Position numbers and translations under genes: made by a program. The notes below the pieces were generated by a model. That model was given only the letters and a program-made list of their open reading frames with translations. It was not told where the DNA came from and ran no database searches. Below, piece after piece: positions 11,477 through 24,470 of a stretch of 64,000 nt of DNA (the first letter of the stretch is position 1; each line of letters opens with the position of its first letter). The DNA is from Nageia nagi. Lineage: Eukaryota > Plantae > Pinophyta. Location of the stretch: the NCBI GenBank assembly GCA_050084985.1, contig JBITNC010000002.1:6386001-6450000 (forward strand), read 5' to 3'.

Positions 11477-12526
11477 ATATCAGAAATCGCTCTCAGTGAA
11501 GAAGCATTTGAAGCCAATGTTCGTGATTATACAAAACTTATAGATGCCTATGCTAGGGAAGATCGTTTGGAAGATGCTGAAAAAATACTTGGAATTATGG
11601 AGGATAGGGGTTTCGTGTGTGATGTGATTACATTTACTGTACTAATCCGAATGTACAGTAAAGCAAACAAACTTGATCAGGCTAGGCATATGTTTGACAA
11701 GATGAAGATATTTGGTCTTCAGCTGGATCATCAAGCATATGGTGCAATGATTATGGCTTATGTGAGGGCAGGAATGCCTGAAGCAGGAGAGTTTTTGATA
11801 AGAGAGATGGAAGCTAAGGATATTAATGCAGGTACAGAGGTGTACAAGGCCTTGCTGAAGTCTTTTGCTCGGCAAGGGAACGCTCCTGGTGCTCAAAGAG
11901 TCTTTAACACTATGCAGTTTGCAGGAATTGCTCCAAATCTCAATTCCTGCACTGTGCTTGTTGAAGCATATGCCCGTGCTGGTAACCCAGAGCATGCTAG
12001 AATTGCTTTTGAAAACATGAGAAAAGCTGGTCACAAGCCAGGTGATAAATGTACATCTATCATGGTTTTTGCATACAAGAAAAAGAACTTGCTGGGAAAG
12101 GCACTAACTATGCTGTTAGATCTTGAAAAAGATGGTGTCAAGCCAGGGGCTGAAACATCATCCCTTTTAATTGACTGGCTTGGCAAGTTAGGTTTTGTGG
12201 AGGAAGCAGAACAAATTTTTATAGAGATATCAGAAATGGGGGAAGTACCCCTGAAAGTTCTTGTAAGCCTCTGTGATATGTATGCAAGGGCAGGCCTATG
12301 TGAAAAAGCCATAAATATTTTAGACACTATGCAACATAATTGTCAAGCCTTGAATGTCTCTGCATTCGAAAGGTTGATACATGGCCTTTTAGCTGGTGGT
12401 CTTACAGATCAAGCAAAGAAAATGCACGACAAAATGCAAGTTCAAGGGTTAAGTCCATCTGAATCTATCTCACTGGCACTAATTAGCTGTAACTTGCTGA
12501 AGCAATCTCATATGGTGGCCTTTTGA
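11477..12526 (+). CDS. P-class pentatricopeptide repeat protein, terminal exon (At1g01970/At1g19525-like)
   Basis: Intact 349-codon frame of tandem 35-aa PPR motifs (RDYTKLIDAYARE, ITFTVLIRMYSKA, AYGAMIMAYVRAG, VYKALLKSFARQG...). A phase-0 splice acceptor TTTCAG ends at 11476, and the stop is TGA. Confidence 0.95.
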   Translation: MSEIALSEEAFEANVRDYTKLIDAYAREDRLEDAEKILGIMEDRGFVCDVITFTVLIRMYSKANKLDQARHMFDKMKIFGLQLDHQAYGAMIMAYVRAGMPEAGEFLIREMEAKDINAGTEVYKALLKSFARQGNAPGAQRVFNTMQFAGIAPNLNSCTVLVEAYARAGNPEHARIAFENMRKAGHKPGDKCTSIMVFAYKKKNLLGKALTMLLDLEKDGVKPGAETSSLLIDWLGKLGFVEEAEQIFIEISEMGEVPLKVLVSLCDMYARAGLCEKAINILDTMQHNCQALNVSAFERLIHGLLAGGLTDQAKKMHDKMQVQGLSPSESISLALISCNLLKQSHMVAF

Positions 12527-13217
12527 CTAATACATTGGTTGAGAGACCTTATATATTCATGTCAAAAACTTAGTGTTCTTGTTGCTATTTGCAGCCAATT
12601 CCTCCAGCAACCTTTTCTTGAAGTATACTGTTGCTAGCTGTTTTGACATTGGTAGTGAAGAGCATATCAAAACCAATAAGGAACCTACACTTAGTTCATT
12701 TTGAGATAACTTACTTAGTGGTCTCTCTCTTATCAGTGTAAGATGGTCAGTTTAAAAATTTAAATCTGAATCGAGGATGTTATGGAGCTGCCCCTTCACA
12801 TACATTTATATGCTTTACTAGAGATCTAGCTAGGTGCTTTAGACTTGGTAGGATCTTTGGCTCTGTGCACTAATTTGGTCAATTCATGTCTGGAGTTCTC
12901 TTTTTGATATTAAATTGTTTGAAGTCATATTGCCATGCAATCTAGAGGGCAATAATGCTATATCTTGGGGAGCAATACATGGATTCTATGCACAACCGGT
13001 GGAATAAGAAAACCTGTTGGAGATTAAAGGATGCTAACTTGCACCTCTTAATCAGTCAATCTTAACATATTTGTCATGTATATATAAATGATCATAGTTA
13101 TACTAACATAACTGCAGGACTGCAACTGAAATTAGACAAATAATGATTCTATGAATGAAGCCTACGTCATGAAATTTTGAATTGAAGCTCTTACTTTAAC
13201 AGTGGTCGTTTAGCTAA

Positions 13218-13637
13218 TGTCATAGCTTCATGATGAGAAGTCAATTCCTCTGTTATGCTCGAAATGAATGTGGCATTGAAATTTCAATGTTGCTATCCTC
13301 AAAATCAAGGATAAGTTCATGGTAGTTAATGATAATTGTTATTTCTCTTATAACAGGGCATTTAAAGCTCTTTGGATACACCAAATTGCCTTATGCTGTA
13401 GGTGCCCTTGCAAACTTCCCCAAAGCAAGTCATACCCTGTTGAACCTGTTGGATTATTACATCATCTATCCCGTGTGATATTTTGTTTCTTTTGTTATTT
13501 GTCTGTTTCATTTTGTGTCATCAGTGACTGTCTGTTAATCGCCAAGGGCAGCTGGGCTTACCATGATCTATTTGTATAAATAGTTGAGCCTATTAATGCA
13601 ATATAGTGGTGTACATTCTATGATATGGTATCAGAGC
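13218..13637 (+). mobile_element. 5' LTR (13218-13625) plus tRNA-iMet PBS of a truncated LTR element
   Basis: Inverted termini TGTCATAG...CTATGA(C>T)A, immediately followed by TGGTATCAGAGC at 13626-13637. Confidence 0.75.
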
Positions 13638-14559
13638 AGTTCGCATCTGCATCCTTGTGTTTGGAGGAAATGAATTTGTGTCTGATTTCAATTGAGTCAT
13701 TTCAACGAAATGATTTAAAATGATCTTGCCAAAGAAGCCAGGTGCCAATCAATGGAACATTGATAACGTTTGGATCTGGTGTCTCCGAAGACGGTTGAGT
13801 TTATAGTCGGCAGAACAAGGTTAACATTTTTGAGCTTCTTGGTACAAAGGCAGTGCCTTTTTAGAAGCTGCGATTATAATATTCAATAAGCATCGCGTAC
13901 CAGCATTCCATCCAAAATATTAGTAGTGCCCACAAAGCTGCTGCACTTAACATATATTGTTAGAAGGGTATTCAGAGGATACGCTTGCTCTAGGGTAAGG
14001 TTTTCTTTTGAATGCAACACTGTAAAAGATAGATATATGTGGACGAGTTTACAATGTCATGAGTATTATGCAACAGTGAAACGATCCTTCTTACATAGAC
14101 TGAAGAGGTACCAATGGAGTCATTAAATACATTTACGTCCATAGTCCATACAAAGAAAAGTTGATTGTTGGATTGGTTAAGGCATTTTTCCCTCACCTCA
14201 GGTTCTACGTTTAAACATTCCTACTTCAAATATTTTTTTATTTTTTCAATTTCTGATGTGCATCCAAAATTGAAGCAAAATTAGTTTTTTTTTTTTTTTA
14301 AATGATTCAACTATCCATCAATACTGTTTTTGCCATTAAATCTTGTTTGCAATTTTGTTAAATGTTGTTTGTTTCATTAAAAACTAAACTCTGAAGGCTT
14401 CGAAATGAACTATTGTAAGGCTATATTAGAAGCCATTTAATAGGATTATCTTACTCCTAAAATATCACCTACTCTCTGGCAATAGTTGATCTGAGTGATG
14501 AGAAACAAGAGAAGATAACATTTTATTTTGTCAATAGTATGGTGACTAGTTCTTCAAAA

Positions 14560-15410
14560 TGTTTTCTTCTAGATTCCCAGTTTTTGCATTGAAATAATTA
14601 TTTTGCATGGAAAATCAAACTCAAAACTCTACTTGAGTTTGAAGAGGGTTGAAGTGTGGTTGATGGTACCACTACGTGATGTGCAATTAGTGTTGATCAA
14701 ATGAAAAAAAATGATAAAGCTGACAGGAAGGTCAAATTGATTATCACATTTAGCATGTTTGACAAAGTTCGACCTTTTATTCAAGACGACCACAACCAAG
14801 GATGCATGGGATAGGCTCAAGAGGGTGTTTGAGATAATGAATCAAAATCAAATCTTGAAACTTACAAAGTTAGCAACATAGGTTGAAGATGAAGAATGGA
14901 GAACAATAAAGATCATTCCTGAAAAGGATTGCTAAGTTGAGAGGTTCACTACAAGCATTGGGTAAAACAATACTAGATTTAACCTCAGTGCCTATTGTTA
15001 TGAGAGCACAACCATCTAAATACTAAGTGTTTGTAACAACCTTGAACATCATAGATCATACACATGTTTTGAGAAGCTAGTGAATGTGCTCCAAAAATAG
15101 GGATCATTAAATCAAAAGCACAATTAGGAGGATCATGCACCAAAAAGGCAAGAAGCCAATGAAGCATGATGAAGGACTTACTAAATATGGGAATCATTCC
15201 CTATCTCAGATGAAGTGTCTAATTTGTGAGAAGATAGGATATGATGTGAACAATTGTTGTTACAACTCCTTAACAAATGGATCCTCCAACAATAAGATGC
15301 TACAACGAAAATTGTTTCAAGGTGGCAATGCATAATGCACCCAAAAGAACAAACAACAACATGACAACATTGTTGAAGAGGATGAGATAGCTATAGTTGT
15401 ACTATATGTC
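14560..15410 (+). mobile_element. Ty1/Copia gag relic
   Basis: NNYFAWKIKLKTLL..KDAWDRLKRVFE, and a degenerate zinc knuckle KCLICEKIGYDVNNC. Confidence 0.85.
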
Positions 15411-15414
15411 AAAT

Positions 15415-18400
15415 GGTTTTTTGAGATCATCTTTGCAAGATAGGATCACCTCCTTAGTACTCCCTGCGATGACCAAATCATCAGCATATATTACAACTAT
15501 GGCTATGTCCCCCCCATGTTGTCAAAGGTAGAGATTAGGATCATGTGGGCTTTGAACAAAACCATGTTGCATTAGGTGTTCATCAATTTTAATGTACCAA
15601 GATCTTGGAGCCTGTTTCAAACCATATAAAGACTTCATCAAACTACACACCTTTCCTTTGCTTGGATCAACAATAAATCCCTTAGGTTGTTATATGTAGA
15701 CTTCTTTCTAAGTCTCCGTTCATTAAGGCATTGTTCACATCCATTTGGTGAACTTTCTAGCCAAATTGTGTGTCCATTGCAATAGTTATTTTAATGGTTT
15801 TAATCTTGGCTACCGGAGCGAATGTTTCATCATACTCTATACATTCCTCTTGGGTATATCCTTTGGCAAATAATTTGGCCTTGTGCTTGTCGAGCACCCT
15901 ATCAAGTTTGTACTTTGTTTTGAACACCCATTTGCATTCAATGGCCTTTTTTGCAGGTGGAAGATCTACTAGATTCCACGTGCCATTCTTCATTAAAGAA
16001 TCATATTCGACCTCCATGGTTGATTTCCAATGTGTCAAATGAAGTGTTTCACGAACCATTTTAGGTTTGGGAGTATTCATGATTATGCTCATTAACGCCA
16101 AATTCACTTCTTCACGAGATCATTAATGCCAAATTCACTTCTTCACAAGCCATGCTTTGTGTCCTTGGTTTGGATGTAGAAGTGTCTGGTGGAACACTCA
16201 AGTGTGAGTCCTGTAGTGTCTTTTGGTACCATTTCAATCTTTTGAAATTATCATGTGGCAAGTTCACAACTAGAACTTCCCTCTCATTGCCCTCATCATC
16301 ATGATTGATTTTGGAACCATTATCAGGATTGGGTGGTGCTATGGGTGGACTAGTTGAAGAATCACAATCTTGTAGAAAATGACATCTCTACTTATATATA
16401 CTTTTGAGTAGTAGGATCCATGAATTTGTACATTTAGATTTGCTACTATGTTTGAGAAGAATGCACCTCATAGACTTGTCATCTAACTTCTTTCTTTTCT
16501 CTTTGGGAATGTGCATAAAGGCATTGAAAACATATACTCGAAGATGAAAGTTAGATGGTTTTACTCTTTTCCATGCTTCTTCAAGGGTCACCCCCTTAAG
16601 AGCTTTTGTAGGTGCTTTATTAAGCAAATGTATTGCAATGTTTACCGCTTCAACCCACAATGCTCCATTCATCTTTGCATCTTTTAGCATACTTCTTGCC
16701 ATTTTAACTATGGTTCGATTTCTCCTTTCAGAAAGTCCATTTTGCTATGGTGTGGTTAATTGTTGTTGAATTCCATGTTGCCTTATAAATGTAGAAAACT
16801 CATTTGATAGGTATTCTCCCCCTCGATTTGAGTGGAGAACATGAATATGATGAGTAGTGGCATTCTTCACACAAGCTTTGGACTCCAAAAAATGAAAGGT
16901 TTCATCCTTTACCTTCAAGAGACACATCCACATTTTTCTGGAATAGTCATTAACAAATAGCAAGAAGTATTGGAAGCCAATATGACTAGCTTTCATGGGT
17001 CCACACAGACCCATGTGAATCACATCAAGATGTCCTGTAGTACAATGTGTGCTAGCCTCGAATGAAATTTTGTGATGTTTAATTGCAATGCAAATATAAT
17101 AAACATTAGTAGGAGAAGCAAGATATGGGAGACCACACACTATATTCCTCTTTTGTAGAGTGATTAAGTACTTGGGATTCATGTGTCTAAATCATTGGTG
17201 CCCTAGAGTGGTAACATCCATAACACGAACATTGAGTGCTTGATTTTTGGAGGCTACAACATCAAGCAAAAACATCTTCCCAACTCTTAAAGCTTTCGTC
17301 ACAATTCAACAATGTCTGGATTTGTCTTGAATGAAACAACACTTCTCAGCTTTCACAATATCAAGCTCCACCTTCATATTGTTATCCAATATTTGTCTTA
17401 CAGGATATTCTTTATTAGACTTGGCACATATAAGACCTTTATTTGACAATTGTTCTTTCCAAGATGGACTTGAACATTGCCCTTTCCGTCAATGTCATGT
17501 TGTGTTGCATTGCCCAAATGTACTTGATTAGAATATGATTTTTCATCTAAAGAAACAAACCAATCCTCTTGGTCAATCATGTGCTTGGAAGCACAAAAAT
17601 CAACATACCAATTGCATGTAATCGATGATTTTTCTTAATGAGTAAATGCAAAATCTTGATTGTTCTCATTTTCTTCTAGAGAATCACTGGCAACATTGCC
17701 TTCTTCCTGTCTTCGTGGTGGTGATCTTATTGCTTGAAGAACCTTGAACCAAAAAATTGTACCAATAATCATGCAATTTATGCCCTTTCTTTCCACAAAT
17801 CAAGCAACTCTTCTTTTGCTTATTATTAGATTGAGAGAAATTTTTACCTTTGCCTTTCTACTGGAAGGGCTTCTTACCTCTTTGATTGGAGATCATGCCT
17901 TGTTCCTCATCATGGGAAGTCCCATGGGAAGCTTCTTCTTGTTGCAACGTGTTTATAGACTCTTGAAAGTTAGATGTTTGCTTTAGGATGTTCAATGTTG
18001 TCACAAAGGTACTATATGTATTTGGGAGAGCTCTTAGGACAATGGGCACATGGAGCTTATCTTGCATCGTCTCTCCTAATGTCAGTAGGGAGGCATGGAG
18101 GTTTGCAACTCTGCGAAGAAAGGACTCAAGTTTTTTTTACCATTTTTTCAGTTTCAAGGTGTATAATTGTCCTTGCAAATGTTGAATATGATTTTGATTC
18201 CTTGATGCAAACAATTGTTGTAATTTCTTCCATGCTTCAACATCTTTGGAGTTTCAAACATGAGATTGAACATCATTTAAAATGCTAGTAAAATGAGCAT
18301 TTGAGCTTTTCTACTTCTTTGATCAAACTTTGTTTGGTCTTCACCAATTGTTGTTAGACGAGTCTCAGTTCTAGTGACAATCTTCCATAATTCTTCAAAC

Positions 18401-18490
18401 TTGAAGATTGCTTGTATCTTGGTCTTCTAGATTGGTACCCTTCAAAACTTGTGAATCAAGTAGCAATATTTTAAGGGTGGGTAGGGCCAT
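15415..18490 (-). mobile_element. Ty1/Copia gag-PR-INT-RT relic without LTRs
   Basis: gag VLRALP, protease WYVDF, integrase LHSNRGGEYLS and ARSMLK..WVEAV, RT NGTWNLVDLP..CKWVFKTK..ETFAPVA, ending shortly after YADD near 15480. Confidence 0.92.
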
Positions 18491-18559
18491 GTTTGTCTTG
18501 CAAGAGTTTGGAATTCAATAATTATTGGTCTTATTCAATTTCACTAGTGAATTTTCAAG

Positions 18560-19713
18560 TAATTTACCTCCTTTGCAAAAAAAATAGGTACCACTTTCAA
18601 TTTCCATATGACTATCAAGCTAACAAGTATGTCTTTATTGACCATAATCTTGAAGATGGTCCATACCTAAACTCAATTTGGTATGTGGACTTAGGTGGCA
18701 CATGATTGGAGAAAAGGATTAGTTTCTCACAATGAAACCCCATCACAATAAAGTTTCTCATGGAGGTGATACCACCTATGACATCCAAGGTATTGGTGAA
18801 ATCTCCTCGTAGTTTAACACACATCATTGTAGGCTTATCAAACTCCTATATGTGCTAGACTTACCAAAAATATTTCATCTATTAACTAATTTTTTTATTA
18901 CAAATTGGGGATTGAGTTTGATAGAAAAAATGGTAAATAGGCTTGCCTCATTCATCACAAATATAGAAGTTCAAATATTCTTTTGTGCTTTTGACATTGG
19001 AAATATGTTTAGGCTTGATACAATCAACAACAATCAAGCCGTAGTGGTAAAGAATAATAATCTTGCTACAGTTTGATATTGACTTGTTCGTCACTTAAGC
19101 ATTGGCTATTTGCTTATTCTTATTAGGAATGGCATGGTGAGAGGCCTTCCCTCACTTGAGAACATGAGTGCTATTTGTTCCAATTGTCTTGCTACAAAAC
19201 ATCAAACACCCTTCAATATTGGTGAGCATCAAACAAGTAAACCTTTGTAGTTGATGTACATCAATTTGTGCGAACTCATGAAAAAAAACATCAATGGTTT
19301 CAACCATTTTCAACTTTTTATTGATGCACAAAATTCTCTAATTACTTGAAGCAAAATGGAATTTTTTCGTCAATTGATTGTAGCTTATACAACTTAGCAA
19401 AATCGAGTTGTAGAATGACATAATTGCATCATCATAAAAATGGTGTTGAGCATGACGAAGGATTCTCATTTGAAACATGTACTTTGGGTAGAAGCTATGC
19501 ATACAATGATTCATTTCTAAATCTTGCACTAACCAAAGCTTTGTATGACATCACGCTAGAGGAACCATGGACAAGAGTTAAGCCCTCTATCTCTTCATGT
19601 GCTTGGTTGCATAACATACATGCATATTCATAAGGAACAACAAAAGAAACTTGATGAGAAATCCACAAAATGCATCCTTCATGGTTACAAAAATAAGTCC
19701 AAGGCTTACTGAC
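18560..19713 (+). mobile_element. Ty1/Copia protease-integrase relic, probable continuation of 14560-15410
   Basis: WYVDLG protease motif, CSNC, and KNGV..TKALYDITLEEPWTRVKPSIS. Confidence 0.8.
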
Positions 19714-22700
19714 TTATGGATCAAAACTTTCATCTTTTGTATTGTAGATGCCATTGACTTGATTAACAAGAAGTTGAAAATCTCTATTAATCTTGATATT
19801 GTTTAGCTTGAGCAAGATAACAACCTTCAATCCCAAAATGAGAGCTTTATACTCAACCATGTTGTTTGTATAATCAAATGCAAGTTTATATGCCATGGGA
19901 ATAAGTTGATCTTGAAAAGTAACAAGAATGATTCCTACCCTAGCCTTTCTCATGCATTTGGAACCATCGAAATATAATGTCCATTCCTTCATCTTCTTCT
20001 TGTGCAAAGGTTGCAGTATTATCTCTAAATTGTTCATTATATCAGGTTGATTCTTAGCAAGGACTATTGGCTATGAAATCTACTATAACTTGTCCTTCAA
20101 TGACCTTTTTATGCATATAAACAAGATCAAATTCCTCAAGAAGCATTATCCATTTAGATGATTTCCTTTGGAGGTGTGGTTTTCATTGAGGGTACCTTCA
20201 TGTGTTAACTTGAGCAACCACAAATGTTGTATTTGCAATCATTTAATGTCTTAATTTCTTTAATGTGTAAAATGGAGCATAACACAAATTTTCTCTTGGA
20301 GTGTACCTTGTTTCATGTTCAACCAATGTATTTGAAATATAATAAATTGCTCTTTCTTCACCATCATTAATCTTTTGTGCAAGCATTTCTCCCAAGGCAT
20401 GTCGAGTAGTAGATATGTACAAATATAAAGGCTTTGAAGGATTAACAAGAGCTAAAATATGAGGAATAAGCAAATACCTTTATATGTTTTAAGTGCACCT
20501 TGACATTTAGCATCCCAAATGAACTTTATTTTTTTCTTGAGAAGATGATTATAAGGAGTAATCCTATAAGCTAATTGAGATATAAATATTCTTACAATTT
20601 GCACTTTACCTTGGAAACTACTAAGTTGCTTGAGATTTTTTGGATGAGGTATATTAGAAATTGCTTTCACCTTCTTTTGATCTATTTCAATACCCCTTTT
20701 GGGGGACAATGAAGCCTAAATTTTTTCCACTTGAGATGCCAAAAATACACTTTTGAGGCTTCAATATGAGCTTATATTTTTTCAATCTTTCAAAAACAAC
20801 AATAAGTCCTTAAGATGATCCTCCTTTTTCCTTGACTTCACCAAGATATTATCCACATAAACCAAAACTATTTTGTGAATTAAATCATGGAACATTGCTA
20901 CCATGGATCTTTGATAAGTGGCACCTACATTTTTCAATTCATAAGGCATCACTTTGGAACAAAAAGTGCCCCAAGGAGTATAAAAGGTTTTCATATGCGT
21001 ATAATATGAATTGATATGTATATGAATATAACATGAGAATCCATCTATGAATGAAAGTGCCTCATAACCATCTATAGAATCTATAATCATATCAATATGT
21101 GGAAGAGGAAAATTATCCTTAGGGCATGCTTTATTAATGTCCCTAAAATTAATACATCACCTAACGTTCCCAATTCACTTTATGGTTGGAAAAATATTTG
21201 ATAACCAAGGTGAGTAATCAATGGACTTGAATCCAACCTTGAGATACTTGTTGATCTCCTTCTTGATCAATAGTTACATCTTTGGGTGTATATGTCTTTT
21301 CTTTGGCTAAACATGTTTGACATCTTTATGAACTACCATATTGTGCATAATAAAATTAGGATCAAGAATAGAAATGTCATTATATTACCAAGCAAGCACC
21401 TCACCAAATTGTATCATGAACTTGTAATATGCAAGCCTTTCTTGCCTATTAAACCATGCCCTTAGTTTTATCAACCTAGGATCTTCTAGAGCTCCTATGT
21501 TCAAGTACACAAATTCTTCATTGAGGTGAGTTGGCTCATCACTTATTTGAGGAGGAATTGGCAATTCCCCCAACCCTTCCATATGATTGGATCAAGTATG
21601 TCATGCATTTTTATTTTACATTTTTTTTGAAATATGGAAAAAAGACTAGTGTAGCAGGAAAACACTTGCTATTGTTTAATCCTCAAATCCAAAATAGGCA
21701 TGGGGTTGAAATAACTTCCTTCCTTTCCTCTTAGCATGGTACTTTGAATACTCAGTTCATGCTCCTATGATATCCAAAATAGCATCATCCATTTCAAATA
21801 TGTTTATATATAGAGGCATTGACAAATATTTTGAAGAACACACTGAAGTGTACTCTATTTCTTTAGTGCTAGCGCTACCTTTAGCATTGATGCTACAATG
21901 TAAAGACTTGTGATCTTTCTTTGATGTTTCAGGAGCCTTAGAAATTTCCACCATTGCTATGATTTCACCCTTTGAATCAAATCCTACAATATCTAAATAT
22001 GAATTGAAAGTATAACTTGTATCATTCTTTTTACCATGTCCAACCCACTATTATCTTTTGCATCCCATTTTGGGTGAGCCTCTAGGACTTTATAAATAGA
22101 TTCATGCCTTGCTCATGTTTTCCACAAGTAACTCATTTATGCTTACAAAGTCCTAAGCAATTTGAAATGAAACATGTATTTATGACCATATCGTTACTTA
22201 TGTTTGATTGTCATTTCTTATTCTTCTTAATCCTCTTATTTGATTTCTATTCAACTTCTGGTTCTTCCGTGCTTGAGCTTTCAATCTCAGAATTAGGTGG
22301 CGATGAATCTTCATTATATAAACCCTCTTGAATATGCTTTTATTAGTTAGTCATGCATGAAGAATAGCACTAACACTCTAGAATCCTTAACACTATTTGC
22401 TTTGTGCCTTAAGGCTGCCCATGTTTCTTAATGGAACAAATAATATCTTTATCTTTAAAATTGTACATTCCCATATCTATTTCTTCAATTTTAAGTTCTT
22501 TAGCCTTATTTTTCCTTTCTTTCTTGAGATTATTGTAGGGGAGAAAAGTGGCTTCTACCCTTCTAATCATATTCTTAGGATGATCCTTTACATATATTGT
22601 GTAATTTTTCCCTTCATACTTTACATCTATGCAAAGTAGACGAAACTGCCCCCATGGTATGAATCCATAGTCTTCCCAATAAGATGTAAGGTAATCTTTT

Positions 22701-22938
22701 ATCCATCACATAGATCTTGGTCTCTAGAGTCTTGGTTCCTATATTTATTGGAAGATATATGTAGGCTATGCATTATTTCTTAGCATTATCAAAACCCTTG
22801 ATTCATATATGTGATTTTCCAAATTTTTTGATGAACTTTTCATAAAATTATTTAAGGAACTTTAGTGAGAAAATATTGAGGCATGATCTAGTATCAACTA
22901 GTGCTTCTTTTGTATATTTTCCATTGATGTTGATCGTG
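19714..22938 (-). mobile_element. Tat-lineage Gypsy element A, pol (PR, RT, RH, second RNase H)
   Basis: ALVDT protease, LSFIDGFS..TPWGTFC.KVMPY..VYVDNILVKS RT, RAIYYIS RH, and WTLYFDGS..TNNMVEYKALILGL additional RNase H. Cut off before integrase. Confidence 0.9.
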
Positions 22939-24035
22939 TAGATAAAATGCAACTGTAATTGTGGTAAGGATGATGCAAATGTATATCTACTTTAATTACG
23001 AACAAAGGAACATAATTGGTTGCGATATAATTAACGAGATTTGCATATAAGGACAAATTTGAATAACTTGACAAACATAAGAGATAGGAATGATAAATAC
23101 ATGTGAACTTACTTGGGATATCATTGAGTATTTATTTAGAATCAATTTGATATGTAGGGACAATTAGGAATGTGGATATGAAATTTTGAAGTATCTATCT
23201 TCGTAGAGTTGGTACTAAGAAGCAATGCGACCCAGTGTTGGTGCTAGGAATCTTGTGGAGCCTGAGCAAACTAATTCTGGATCTTGTGATCAATAAACTA
23301 TTCCTTAATGTGTATTACTACGGAGTGGCAAATAACTCTTGAGTATAATAGATTCCAATCTCAGTAGGTGGTGTCTAAAGACACAATCAAGAATTTTGGG
23401 AGATATTCATAATATTATGAAGATGAAAATTGATAGTCTTCTCATGCATATAATTCTCTATTTATAAGATCAAGAGATTATTTGAATGTACCTTTGCATT
23501 TTAGAGCTAACGCTAGTGGTCTCTTGCACAAAATTAGAGGATTATACATGAGATATAGTTTAGGTAAATCATAATTGATAATTTAAATATATCATAATGT
23601 CATATTGATCCTCACATAGTGAGAGTCATATGACACTTAGTTTGGCCCAAAAAGGGTACCAAATTAGGTTTCAACAATCCCCCCTCTTTTGCAAGTTGTA
23701 ACGAAATAAATTGAAATTATGTTTGCAAAGCAAAGAGAGAAGAAAAAGAAACTTCCCCATTTTTTGATTCTTCATATAATAAATAATTTATTGGTGATGT
23801 ATTTTTCCCCCTATTTGCATCGATTGTTGTTGTTGGAGTGATCAATAAGAATCAAGTGCAAAGAACCTGTAAGAAAATAGAAACACCTTTCAAAGATCAT
23901 AATAACAACATATAACATCTTATATAATAAACATGAGAAACAAAGATGGAATCAATATAATACCTTAGGAGATTTCACTATCCATAGATATATCATTGAT
24001 AAGATACTCATCAATGGAAAAATTCCAAGATATTT

Positions 24036-24195
24036 GATCATAAAAATAATAGTGATGGTGAATTAGAATCCAACCAACAAAGGTGATCATAAAAGAAATC
24101 ATAGTGATGGTTAATTAGAACCCAACTAACAAAGGTATTCATAAAAATTATCATAGTGATGGTTAATTAGAACCCAACCAAAAAGTGTTCATAAA
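24036..24195. repeat. Tandem repeat of about 50 bp, 3 copies, in the 3' region of element X
   Basis: Unit ..CATAAAA..ATAGTGATGGTTAATTAGAACCCAACCAACAAAGGT. Further dispersed copies near 24385, 30525 and 30570. Confidence 0.8.
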
Positions 24196-24470
24196 ATACT
24201 AGTGATGATCATAGGTGATACTTTATGCAACCAAAAGTTACAAAACAAAATTTCATAATGAACTATGTCATTATAGGTATCCTTTACCCTAGATACTGTT
24301 AGGTGTTGTAAATGATTCATAATGAACAATGCATTGTGGGTACATTTTACCTTAGGTACCATCGAGAGTTGTATGAGAAAACATAGAGTGATGGTTAATT
24401 ATATCCTAACCAAAAAAAGATGTGATCATAAACAAGCATGTGAGATTTGTGAATATTTGGAAAACATAGA

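Noticed and set aside
11642-12327. Antisense ORFs of 130 and 98 aa
   Set aside because: Shadow frames of the PPR exon with no recognisable motifs.
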